From Candidatus Parcubacteria bacterium (lineage in GTDB: Bacteria; Patescibacteriota; Minisyncoccia; Phycocordibacterales; UBA918): a DNA stretch of 64,000 bases. The DNA lies in NCBI GenBank assembly GCA_046050355.1, contig JBJOPW010000004.1, forward strand, positions 13,755 to 77,754, given 5' to 3'. The notes beneath the pieces are model-generated. The model searched no databases, was not told the DNA's origin, and saw only the letters and a list, made by a program, of their open reading frames with translations. Positions 19,846 to 29,106 of this stretch are shown here, piece after piece. Within the stretch, counting starts at the first letter, position 1. Each line of letters opens with the position of its first letter. The translations under genes were made by a program, and so were the position numbers.

Positions 19846-21006
19846 ATGGTTCTCTTGAACAGCCTGAACCCACTGAAAGCAAAGAACCTAGTCGCAGGAA
19901 AGCACGCTGACGGCCAAGGACTTTGGCTAGTGAAGAGTGAGCGCACTCGGGGAAAGTGGGTTCTCCGCGTTGTCGTCCAAGGAAAGCGTCGGGAAATGGG
20001 TTTGGGCCGGTGGCCTGACGTCTCCATTGCTGAAGCGCGTGAGTTGGCCGCGGAGGCGCGGAGGAAGCTCCGGACAGGCATCGATCCGATAGCTCAACGT
20101 GTTGAAGGCCGGAAGAAAGTCGTACGCCTAACGGTACAACAAGCAGTGGACGCGTGCTTCGAGGCACGAAAAGCAGAACTCAAGAGCGACGGCGAGGCGG
20201 GTCGCTGGATGTCTCCGCTCTCAGTCCACGTGCTGCCGGTGATTGGAAAGACTGCGATAGAGGACGTCGATCAACATGTGCTGAAGAAAGCTTTGGAGCC
20301 CATCTGGCACTCAAAGGCCGACACAGCTCGAAAAGCTCTAAACCGCCTCAGCTTGACCCTAAAGCATGCGGCTGCACTTGGACTGGAAGTAGACCTCCAG
20401 GCAACGATGAAGGTCCGGGCTCTCCTAGGCAAACAAAGGCACGTGTCCGAACACATTCCTTCGATGCCATACAAAGACGCACCGGCCTTCTATCGCTGGC
20501 TCTCCGAACAGACCTCGGCGGCAGCCCTACCGCTTCGCTTCCTCATTTTGACAGCTGCCCGAACTGGAGAGGTGCGCTATGCTCGGCATAGCTACATTGA
20601 GGACAAAGTTCTTACACTCCCTCCCGAGATCACAAAGACCGGGCGTGAACACAAAATTCCGCTTACATCGGAAGCCGCAGCAGTGATCAACGCTGCGAAG
20701 CTGCAAGACAGCCAGGACCTGTTGTTCCCTTCCCCAACCGGAAAGACCTTCTCTGATGCGACAATGTCACGATTAATGCAGCGTGAAGGCCTAGTTTATA
20801 GGCCCCATGGCTTCAGGGCCACATTCCGGACGTGGGTCGAAGAACAAACTGACACTCCTCTCGAAGTGGCTGAGGCCGCACTCGGGCACGTCGTAGAGGG
20901 ACAGGTCATCCGGGCCTACCAACGATCTGATCGACTTGAGAAACGACGATCCTTGCTAGTCAAATGGAGCAAGTATCTGCAAGACACAGGACACCCCAAC
21001 CCATAG
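19846..21006 (+). CDS. P4-like tyrosine integrase with arm-binding domain
   Basis: GGAGG RBS; HADGQGLWL, REMGLG, R(TGE), HGFR, LGH, catalytic Tyr in RAYQR. Confidence 0.95.
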   Translation: MVLLNSLNPLKAKNLVAGKHADGQGLWLVKSERTRGKWVLRVVVQGKRREMGLGRWPDVSIAEARELAAEARRKLRTGIDPIAQRVEGRKKVVRLTVQQAVDACFEARKAELKSDGEAGRWMSPLSVHVLPVIGKTAIEDVDQHVLKKALEPIWHSKADTARKALNRLSLTLKHAAALGLEVDLQATMKVRALLGKQRHVSEHIPSMPYKDAPAFYRWLSEQTSAAALPLRFLILTAARTGEVRYARHSYIEDKVLTLPPEITKTGREHKIPLTSEAAAVINAAKLQDSQDLLFPSPTGKTFSDATMSRLMQREGLVYRPHGFRATFRTWVEEQTDTPLEVAEAALGHVVEGQVIRAYQRSDRLEKRRSLLVKWSKYLQDTGHPNP

Positions 21007-21021
21007 CAACCAAAAATACGG

Positions 21022-21783
21022 TCAAAGCCTGATTATTGTATCCTGAACCTGCAGAGCGCTCATCGCCGAGCAGAACTCAGTCAAGCCAAAGTCTCGATTA
21101 AATCGGTCATTAGACTCATGAACCAAAAGCGTCTTCGCCGCGAAGACAGCGCCCGAATCACGTGCGAGTACTATAGCTCTCAAGTACTTCCGGTCCAAAT
21201 CTCCAGAAATGCTACCAGACACAACCCGAAGATAACTGGTGTCTGCTCCTACAACATAGACACGATCTGCCTGGCAAAAGTAATAACCCTGATGATCGGG
21301 GTCAACGCTTTTCCGAGCAACTTGGAATGGAGAAACGTCATCATCACCGATCGATCTGTAAGCGTCAAAGAACTTATCGAAGTTCTTGCGCTTAATGAAA
21401 TTCATGAACCGGAATAGACCACAGTACTCAAAGAAAATTAACCCTCCAGAAACTAAGTCCCCAAACCCATCCGACCGGTAATAACGAAATGCACCAAGCA
21501 GAGTCCGTGCCTGCTGAATAGACTGACTATCTATCCCCAGACTCTCGCTAAGCGCTGAGTACGTTCTAAATTGCCTGTTTGGAACTCTCAAACACACGTC
21601 AACTTTTGCAAGAGACGAAAGTTCAACTTCTTCCCCCCTATAGATTTTTTCAAGTGTCGCAATGTCTGGCGCACGCGAGCCAAAGACCTTCTTGAACGCC
21701 CGAGCAGTCTTGAAGCCGTCCGCTACCGCTCTAGCCAAAACTTCATCACCGACCAACGTTCGAGCGCCTGACTTCAACACCAC
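21022..21783 (-). CDS. hypothetical protein, possible HTH + beta-rich ligand-binding domain
   Basis: PDIATLEKIYRGEEVELSSLAKV resembles the XRE recognition-helix region; beta-strand-rich C-terminus; divergent from the radical SAM operon. Confidence 0.55.
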   Translation of the reverse strand: MVLKSGARTLVGDEVLARAVADGFKTARAFKKVFGSRAPDIATLEKIYRGEEVELSSLAKVDVCLRVPNRQFRTYSALSESLGIDSQSIQQARTLLGAFRYYRSDGFGDLVSGGLIFFEYCGLFRFMNFIKRKNFDKFFDAYRSIGDDDVSPFQVARKSVDPDHQGYYFCQADRVYVVGADTSYLRVVSGSISGDLDRKYLRAIVLARDSGAVFAAKTLLVHESNDRFNRDFGLTEFCSAMSALQVQDTIIRL

Positions 21784-21988
21784 TACCCACTCCCGAATCT
21801 AACGATTCCTCATCAAATCGCAAGATTCTCATACCAGTCCCGGCACTGCAAGATCAAGTCGCACGAGCGAGGTAACGATCCCAACAAACAACTGAAAATC
21901 GGTGTTTTACCAGTGACTCGTAGGCGTGCGACCATGGAGCCGCAGATGAGAGCAACTGATCTGCGCGAACGTAGACGGGAGGAACAGA

Positions 21989-23317
21989 ATGCGCATCGCA
22001 ATGGTTTACCCAGAAGTCTTCGACCTTGCACGGTTCAATGAAAAGCGGAAAGAGTTTCCGCCTTTTGGGGTAATGTACCTATCCGCCATGATGGAGCAGG
22101 CAGGGCACGTTGTCCAAGTATTTGCCATATCCTTCGAAACGAGTGCGATCGATTTCCGAGGCTTCGATGCAGTAGGATACTCCATCCCATCATCAGCAAC
22201 TTTTGGTATAACAAAGAAGGTACGGTTTGCTAGTAAGTACGACGAGGGGGCACTGATCATGGCTGGTGGAGTACACGCAAACCTTTACCCACTGCAGACT
22301 CTGGATGAATTGGAACCGGACGTTGTTGGCATTGGTGAGTGCGAACAGACCATACTCGACATCTTGGAGAGGGGTAAGAATGCGGATTTTGGTAACATCC
22401 TCGGAGTCGCCTTTAAGAAGAACGGGGAAGCAGTGAAGACACCTCCTCGTCGAGTAGATAAAGACATTGACTGGCTTCCACTTCCATCCCGACACCTCCT
22501 GCCTCGGTCAGACATTGTGATGAGCAATCGACTATCTAACACGGACATCGAAATGGCCCACGTCATGTTCACACGTGGATGCCCGTTTCCGTGCAGGTTC
22601 TGTGCAGTTGCGCAAACTAAGATACAGTATCGCTCAGGCGCCAGCGCAAGACGTGAAATAGTTCACCTAATGGAAACTTATGGAATAGGTGGTTTCGCCA
22701 TTGTCGATGACAATTTCATCGTTGACAAGCGTAAGGTTCATGACGTAGCCGAAAGCATCCAAGACCTCGGTGTAAAATGGTCGGCTCTTTCCCGAGTCGA
22801 CACCATTGACAAAGAACTGCTCACGGCAATGGCCTCATCCGGATGCATCGAAATTAAGTTTGGAATGGAGTCAGGGAGTCAGAGAATTCTTGATGCAATG
22901 CAGAAAAACACGACCCCGGAACAGATCCTAGAGGCCGCAAGGCTTTCATATGAAGCCGGCATCAAGGCCAAGTTCTTTATTGTTCATGGTTATCCTGGTG
23001 AAAACATGGAGACCACAGCCGAGACAATCGCCCTCCTTGATAGAGCTAAAAGATATGTAGATCGAGTTTCGCTCTTCAGGTTTGCCCCATTGCCGGGGAC
23101 ATATGTCTACAATCACCCTGAAGAGTTCGGCCTCCGGGGAACGGACCGGCAAGCAGACTGGGATGGCAACTGGGATAAATATCATATTTATCACAATGCG
23201 TACCACTGGTGGGGAACGGATGATCAATTTGAAGAGCTGAACAGGGCGCACACGGAGATCTCCAACTATATTGACGAAACTTGGCCAGCGACTTTTCAAC
23301 CGCCCCAAAATGTGTAA
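21989..23317 (+). CDS. B12-binding radical SAM enzyme
   Basis: GGAGG RBS; PPFGVMYL, AGGVHA (cobalamin domain); RGCPFPCRFC; DDNF; GMESGSQRIL; GYPGE. Confidence 0.92.
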   Translation: MRIAMVYPEVFDLARFNEKRKEFPPFGVMYLSAMMEQAGHVVQVFAISFETSAIDFRGFDAVGYSIPSSATFGITKKVRFASKYDEGALIMAGGVHANLYPLQTLDELEPDVVGIGECEQTILDILERGKNADFGNILGVAFKKNGEAVKTPPRRVDKDIDWLPLPSRHLLPRSDIVMSNRLSNTDIEMAHVMFTRGCPFPCRFCAVAQTKIQYRSGASARREIVHLMETYGIGGFAIVDDNFIVDKRKVHDVAESIQDLGVKWSALSRVDTIDKELLTAMASSGCIEIKFGMESGSQRILDAMQKNTTPEQILEAARLSYEAGIKAKFFIVHGYPGENMETTAETIALLDRAKRYVDRVSLFRFAPLPGTYVYNHPEEFGLRGTDRQADWDGNWDKYHIYHNAYHWWGTDDQFEELNRAHTEISNYIDETWPATFQPPQNV

Positions 23318-23327
23318 AACTTAGAGA

Positions 23328-24074
23328 ATGGAGAGGATTGGAACTGTAGAAGCGGTGTTCCTACGCAAGGCACATGGCCGTGCTGTTGAGGAATCAACAG
23401 TCCTCAACTTAGTGGCTGATTTCGGGATCGTAGGGGATATCAACTTCTCGGCTTCGTCGCCTCGCCATTTGCTACTTAAGAGGATTGGACGTCCAGGCGA
23501 TTGGACGGACAACGCCGGTTACTTCAATGAAAACGTTTCTTTCACTTCTGAAAGTCTGAATTCGCTTCGTCCGGGAGACATCGTAAGAGTTGGCTCCGCA
23601 ACTCTCCTCGTTCGTTCAAAAAATGAGCGGTGCAACATTTTTGCGCCAGAGGTCCGCGTGGCACGAGGCCTTCATTGTGTTTGCATAGACGCCGGATCCA
23701 TTCGTCGTTCGGATGACATCATAAAGCTCGGTAGCGTTTCTATCGCAGAGGACAGTCGCGCGGCACTATTGGTAACGGGCCTCAGGGCTGTTCCGCTCGG
23801 AAGAGTGGTGACTTTTGAAGATGCATGCACTATGATTGGTGGCAGCCGCCCACACTTGCGGATCATTCCAAGACTGCTAAAGATTGCAATTACTTTGCAT
23901 CCAACTGGGGTTCCATTTCACAGGTTAGTCAAATCTAAGGGTGATCTAATTGACAACATTGTCACTGATCAGATGCTCCTCCTGGCGGCGGAAGGTATAT
24001 CGACTTCAAACGGAAGAACTGTAAATCTTCAGTTCCGTCATGTTTTCGGGAGAAACCCATTTTGCGAAATGTAA
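23328..24074 (+). CDS. MOSC domain fused to an alkyltransferase-like (ATL/MGMT-fold) domain
   Basis: GIVGD, ENV, LRPGDIVRVG, GSIRRSD (MOSC); VPLGRVVTF...PFHRLV...LAAEGI (ATL, no catalytic Cys). Confidence 0.7.
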   Translation: MERIGTVEAVFLRKAHGRAVEESTVLNLVADFGIVGDINFSASSPRHLLLKRIGRPGDWTDNAGYFNENVSFTSESLNSLRPGDIVRVGSATLLVRSKNERCNIFAPEVRVARGLHCVCIDAGSIRRSDDIIKLGSVSIAEDSRAALLVTGLRAVPLGRVVTFEDACTMIGGSRPHLRIIPRLLKIAITLHPTGVPFHRLVKSKGDLIDNIVTDQMLLLAAEGISTSNGRTVNLQFRHVFGRNPFCEM

Positions 24075-24478
24075 GCTGCTTTGTCTCGATGGCAATTGAA
24101 GCTCGTGAAGCACTTAGTGAAGAGCTCTCCGCAATTAAGAGTGTGTGCAGTAGATTTGGTGTTAGAGCCCATGTCTTCCTAGATGAATACTCATTTGAGA
24201 AAGGCAAAGAATCCCAAATGATGGCGGAGGTCGTTTCGTGTATTAATGGCTGTGATTTCTTGATTGCTGAAGTAAGCAAGAAGGCGATTGGGGTGGGGTG
24301 TGAGGTTGGCATCGCTGCAGCATTGGGAAAGCCGGTGATCTATTGTCGGCAGGCAGGGAGTCCAGCTTCGCTGACGGTTGGCGGACTGGCAAGTTTTACT
24401 CTGACTTATAGTGAAGCCAACGAACTTGCGCGGAAACTAAGTTTCGTATTAGAGAACAGGTTCTTCGAGTCCGACTAG
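24062..24478 (+). CDS. nucleoside 2-deoxyribosyltransferase/N-glycosidase fold protein
   Basis: CDFLIAEVS..IGVGCEVGIAAALGKPVI; overlaps the upstream stop. Confidence 0.85.
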   Translation: MRNVSCFVSMAIEAREALSEELSAIKSVCSRFGVRAHVFLDEYSFEKGKESQMMAEVVSCINGCDFLIAEVSKKAIGVGCEVGIAAALGKPVIYCRQAGSPASLTVGGLASFTLTYSEANELARKLSFVLENRFFESD

Positions 24479-24573
24479 ATTTCGATGCTACTTGGACCGG
24501 ATCCCGATCTTTTATCTGGGTGTCCGGCATCTAGTGTCTTAGTCAAGGCAATGAGAATTCATTGAAGTGAGGA

Positions 24574-24603
24574 AGTTTGAGAAGTGTTTCGAAGTGGGTC
24601 ACA
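24574..24603. repeat. internal copy of the right attachment site
   Basis: AGTTTGAGAAGTGTTTCGAAGTGGGTCACA matches 29107-29136 at 27/30, same orientation. Confidence 0.85.
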
Positions 24604-24909
24604 TTTTGGAAGTTTCGGAGCCTTCCTCGTTGCTCCGGCTCATTGTTTAACTTGATGACGGTCGCCGTCACGGGTCAGTGTGTTGATCGTACAGGATCCA
24701 TGAGTGGGGTTTCGAAGCGGTCCCTGCATACCTTGGAGTTCCGGGTAGCTCGGGTGGAGGATAGTGATATTCGAGGCGCTCTCCCGTGTGGAGTGCTCGC
24801 CAATGACAGTTTGGTCGCGCATGCTGTCAGGCGCAGGACGCTAGAAGACCCTCATTGACAACTCATGGTATAGTATCTATGTCTTACTAGCTAAATGTAG
24901 AGGTAAACC

Positions 24910-25152
24910 ATGTCCGAGAAATACAAATTCAAAGTTGAGAATGAAACCTACGAGTGGGGCGATGCAACCATCACCGCAGCGGAAGTACGCGGGGTCGGTC
25001 CAGGGATTCCTGATAGCATGGATCTCTTTGTGAAGCTTCCCGGAAAGCCTGCGCGCTTAGTGTCGGATCCAGGCGAAGTCTTTGATCTCTCGAAGCCGGG
25101 AATCGAGAAATTCTTTGCGCAGAACTCATCGTCGGAAGCGGGCGCCAACTAA
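24910..25152 (+). CDS. ubiquitin-like protein (multi-ubiquitin-type beta-grasp, single domain)
   Basis: YKFKVE..YEW...IT...FDLSKPGIEKF; ends EAG-AN, consistent with a pro-form Gly tail. Confidence 0.8.
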   Translation: MSEKYKFKVENETYEWGDATITAAEVRGVGPGIPDSMDLFVKLPGKPARLVSDPGEVFDLSKPGIEKFFAQNSSSEAGAN

Positions 25153-25154
25153 TT

Positions 25155-25562
25155 ATGCCGTTATTGTTCGAAGATGACTACGAGTACTTGAAAAGTACTG
25201 GGCTAAAGTACGATGAGTACACGGACCAGCGCTTCTTGGTGGTCAGGGCTTACCCCGTTCCGGAGGGTAAGTACATCTTCGAAGGACAACCGGTTCGGAC
25301 GGTCGATGTCCTGTCCATTATCCCGCCAAACTACAACACCGAAGGCTGCGACATGTTCTGGGTGCACCCAGCGATATCGCGTGCTGATGGAAAGCCCATT
25401 CCGGCAACTGGCGGCGACGACAGAGTCTTCGACAACACGACCTTCGTTCGTTGGTCCAGGCACTGGCCTGCCGGTCGATGGAGACCCAAGGTTGATACAA
25501 TAGAGACCATATTGAGCCGTATCGACTGGGCCTTGCATAACCCAGACCCTGCTGAAGCATGA
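25155..25562 (+). CDS. prokaryotic E2 (family E) conjugating enzyme
   Basis: YPVPEG, IPPNY, DMFWVHP, RWSRH, WRP..DTIET. Confidence 0.85.
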   Translation: MPLLFEDDYEYLKSTGLKYDEYTDQRFLVVRAYPVPEGKYIFEGQPVRTVDVLSIIPPNYNTEGCDMFWVHPAISRADGKPIPATGGDDRVFDNTTFVRWSRHWPAGRWRPKVDTIETILSRIDWALHNPDPAEA

Positions 25563-27010
25563 GCCAACCCCGCATCACCCTCCTGCAATCACATCGAGAG
25601 CGCTTGGAGCGTTGGTTACCGTCTCATCCAGAGCATCACGAACGTGCCGCTGTAGTACTGTTCCGCTCGTTTGCACGAGAGGTACTGGAACAGACTCAAT
25701 CAGAACGGCTCGTCTCGGTCGACGTGATCGAAATGACTGATGACTGGCTCGTGGAGAGCTCAGTCATCAGTGTCAAAGTCAACCTTCGAAAGCTTGTGGA
25801 TCTGTATTTCCGCTGTGAGCAGGAGGGCTTACACTTAGGCTTCGTACATAGTCACCCACTTGGTGCTGACGCCTTCTCGGGTCAGGACGATCAGAACGAA
25901 CAAAACATCTTGCGGGGCTACGCTGGCTGCAATGGACGAGACTCAAGATTGGTGGCTCTTGTCTACGTCGACGGCGAGTGGATTGGTCGGGTGCGTTATG
26001 CGACCAAGCCAACCGAGAGCTCGCCTGTTCGTCACATACTTACACTGGGGGAAACCCTTGCTGTACACCATTTGACCAACCCGGAGGGTGATCTGGCTAC
26101 ACTGGAGCGACAGGCGGCCGCTTTCGGTCGACCATTTAATCAAAAGCTTCAGTCTCTTAGAGTTGCAGTGGTTGGGTGCGGAGGTACCGGCTCACCAACT
26201 GCTACCCTTCTGGCTCGCGCAGGTGTCGGCGAACTTATTCTCATTGATGGTGACAACCTAGAGGAAAGCAATCTCAACCGGGTTCGAGGCTTGCGGAGAG
26301 ATGATGTCGGACACAACAAGGCAGAGAGGCTGTGTTCGTACATCCGCTCCTTATCCCTGCCAACATCCGTGTCGTTTGTCCCCAATTATCTTGAGGACAA
26401 TCGGGCAGCTGTCGACGCACTTTCCTCAGCCGATGTCGTATTCGGCTGCACCGACACCGTGGCAAGTCGAGAACTCTTAAACGAGGCTCTGTACTATTAT
26501 GGGTTTGTGCTCATTGATTGCGGACTGTCGGGAGAAGTTGCCAGCACTGCTGATGGGAAACCAAGGCTCATTGAGCATCGCGGTCGCGTAAGCACCGTGC
26601 AGCCCGAAACTGGAGCTTGCCTGCGCTGCCAAGGGGTCGTCACAGACAACAAACTGAGATACGAGAGAGCGGTCAACGAGAACCCAGAGCTCAAGAAGCT
26701 CGACGCCAAAACGCTGCTCCGCGAACATTATCTAGTTGGCGGAGGCGAAGCCGCTCCGGGGGTCGGACCGTTCACTAGCGCAACTGCCGATCTTGCTGTC
26801 TCCTCACTATTTGAACTCATTCATCCATACAGACAACTGGGCGGCGATTTCCGTCCTGACAATATTTGGCAAGATTACTTGCATATGACTTATCACAGTA
26901 ACGAGCCCCGAAACCTTTCTGCCGATTGTTATTGCTGTGGCACGCGCGCGATCCTACTGAAGCGTGAGCGTCAAGTTCTACTGGACAGACCGGCACTTGG
27001 TACGATTTGA
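25559..27010 (+). CDS. JAB peptidase - ThiF/E1 fusion
   Basis: E...HSHP...FSGQD (JAB); GCGGTG, DGDNLEESNLNR, GCTD, CLRC (E1). Confidence 0.9.
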   Translation: MSQPRITLLQSHRERLERWLPSHPEHHERAAVVLFRSFAREVLEQTQSERLVSVDVIEMTDDWLVESSVISVKVNLRKLVDLYFRCEQEGLHLGFVHSHPLGADAFSGQDDQNEQNILRGYAGCNGRDSRLVALVYVDGEWIGRVRYATKPTESSPVRHILTLGETLAVHHLTNPEGDLATLERQAAAFGRPFNQKLQSLRVAVVGCGGTGSPTATLLARAGVGELILIDGDNLEESNLNRVRGLRRDDVGHNKAERLCSYIRSLSLPTSVSFVPNYLEDNRAAVDALSSADVVFGCTDTVASRELLNEALYYYGFVLIDCGLSGEVASTADGKPRLIEHRGRVSTVQPETGACLRCQGVVTDNKLRYERAVNENPELKKLDAKTLLREHYLVGGGEAAPGVGPFTSATADLAVSSLFELIHPYRQLGGDFRPDNIWQDYLHMTYHSNEPRNLSADCYCCGTRAILLKRERQVLLDRPALGTI

Positions 27011-27011
27011 T

Positions 27012-27446
27012 ATGAATCTAGGCATTCCCAAGATATTTCTAAACTTCTGGAAGAAAGCACGGCTTCCAGAAATCCAAGAACCTACCAATCATGTGAGGCA
27101 CTATCAAGCTGCCCTGATCTTGGAAAGAACACCAAGCAACTCGGCAATCGGAGATCGCGATTTTGTATTCGTGATCTATGAGACCGTTCCACGGTGGGCA
27201 CTGTTTCGATGCCCCTGCGGCTGTAGCGAAGTCATCAGCCTACCCCTAGCTGCTCCACACAATCCTCGATGGGCCGTCTATGTCGACGAGGATGGCTTCG
27301 CTTCTCTGTATCCATCCGTTTGGCGCAACACTGGCTGCATGAGTCACTTTGTAATTCGCTCAGGATGTGTATTCTGGGCGAATAAGAGCGGGGTCAGCCC
27401 ATTTGAAGCCAGCCCAAATTTCTATAAGCCTCGCATTCCCAAGTAG
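27012..27446 (+). CDS. DUF6527 family Cys/His metal-binding protein
   Basis: CPCGC, SLYPSVW..GCMSHF. Confidence 0.85.
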   Translation: MNLGIPKIFLNFWKKARLPEIQEPTNHVRHYQAALILERTPSNSAIGDRDFVFVIYETVPRWALFRCPCGCSEVISLPLAAPHNPRWAVYVDEDGFASLYPSVWRNTGCMSHFVIRSGCVFWANKSGVSPFEASPNFYKPRIPK

Positions 27447-27460
27447 AAGGGACGTGAGCT

Positions 27461-28882
27461 CTAGTATTCCCAGCGAACAAAATAGCCAGACCGTCCATAG
27501 CAGTCGTATCCGCGCTTGTCCTTATGTGCCTTGAGCATTGTCCCGGAGCTCTTCCTCTTGAACTCTTTTCCGCAGTAGGTACATGCGATCACCTGAAGGG
27601 GTCCACCAGAGTAGGTTGAAGGCCTGCGATTCACTCGACCCGCCGAACTTCCTCCTCGCTTTGTCTGGGCACCAAGCCGACCGCCTCCTCCAAAGTAGGA
27701 ATTTTCTGGCAGCTCACCTGCTTTTGACAGTTCGACCTCGAAGCGCGGTTCGAACTTTTCTTCAAGTATCTGTGGCTTCTCAACTTTTGGATTAACCAGG
27801 GACTTGATTCCGGTTGACCCTGAGGCACCTCCAGTTCGATCCCACACATAGAAGTATTCGCGCGGAGACCCGTCCGATGGACGTTTGTAGCTTAGAGCGT
27901 AAGGTTCGACGACCCTCTCGTATCCGTCATAGGTTAGTCGGATAAGCCGTTGTTGAGACCCGGCTTCCAAGAAGACGTTACGAAGTTCTGCCGGAAAGAA
28001 GGCATCGCTTATGCGATCTGCCATACCGCTCGTTTCGAATACACTATCGACGAACCGCGTGTACGCTTCTGTCGCGGTGTCGAAGTCTATTTTGCTTGCT
28101 GCCGGGCAAACTATGTATTTCTCCCATGCCGCCCGGAAGAAGGCCATGGGGAGACCAAGGAGTATTTGCCGAGCTGAACCCGGACTTCGTTCAAAGATGG
28201 TCTTCTTGAGAAAGACGCTTGCAATTGTTGATCGATCAAGGTCAATCCGATCATCAAAGAACGCAGCGTAAACTAGATCGTAGAGATCATGGGAGTGACG
28301 ACGTTGCAGCAAGCATTTGAGCTTAGATGCCATGCCCTCTTCGAGAGCAACACATCTAAGATTTACTCTGCAGACATCTGAATCCGAATATGGATGAATA
28401 AGTGGAACCGTGCTCACTGGAAGATACAAGCGGTCGAACTCTGTCACATCCATCCGAACTGAAATTTCCAGCGCGCTTTTCTGGCCATAGAAATCTTCGA
28501 AGAAGACCTTTCCCTTGTAGATTTTTCTGTCGGTGTTTTTGCCGAGATTGGCCCGTGCGGCTTCTTTGAAAGAGCTTCTCTCACTTACAAACTTGATACC
28601 CGATACAGCTTGAGCCATCTTGCAGCTACGTTCAATTTGAGCAGTCAGTTCATCCAAGTCAACTGCACGTTCAGTTGAGAAATCCAGGTCAGAGGAGAAC
28701 CTGGTGTTCGGAAAGTACGCTTTTCGGAAGCAGTTTCCGCCCTTTAGGATGAGAAGGTCACTGAGATACTCATTTTGGTATATTGCAAACAGGAGCCAGC
28801 CGAAGACGTAGTCACGCTGAACATTCGAGGTATTGATCTCGAATTCAGCAGATTTCTGGTCGATTTCATCTCTCTCGATCAT
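27461..28882 (-). CDS. AbiEii-type nucleotidyltransferase fused to WYL domain and C-terminal Zn finger
   Basis: LKGG..RFSSDLDFS, K..RR..HDLYDL; LTYDGYERVVEPYAL (WYL); CTYC..H..C. Confidence 0.85.
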   Translation of the reverse strand: MIERDEIDQKSAEFEINTSNVQRDYVFGWLLFAIYQNEYLSDLLILKGGNCFRKAYFPNTRFSSDLDFSTERAVDLDELTAQIERSCKMAQAVSGIKFVSERSSFKEAARANLGKNTDRKIYKGKVFFEDFYGQKSALEISVRMDVTEFDRLYLPVSTVPLIHPYSDSDVCRVNLRCVALEEGMASKLKCLLQRRHSHDLYDLVYAAFFDDRIDLDRSTIASVFLKKTIFERSPGSARQILLGLPMAFFRAAWEKYIVCPAASKIDFDTATEAYTRFVDSVFETSGMADRISDAFFPAELRNVFLEAGSQQRLIRLTYDGYERVVEPYALSYKRPSDGSPREYFYVWDRTGGASGSTGIKSLVNPKVEKPQILEEKFEPRFEVELSKAGELPENSYFGGGGRLGAQTKRGGSSAGRVNRRPSTYSGGPLQVIACTYCGKEFKRKSSGTMLKAHKDKRGYDCYGRSGYFVRWEY

Positions 28883-29106
28883 GTGACTACTCTACACCAA
28901 ATCCCAAGCTACGGCACCTTAAGGCGATGATGACGGTTTGGCCAAGGAACACAACCCGTATGGCACCTCTATGCTGCATCTGCTGTGTCTTGAGGCTTTT
29001 GATACTTCAAATTGTACTGCCACTGCGGGATCTTATTTGGAGTACACGCTGGTCTTTTAGGACAGAAGGTTAGAAGGTGGCTCAGGGACGTCTTCATCTC
29101 CTTTAG

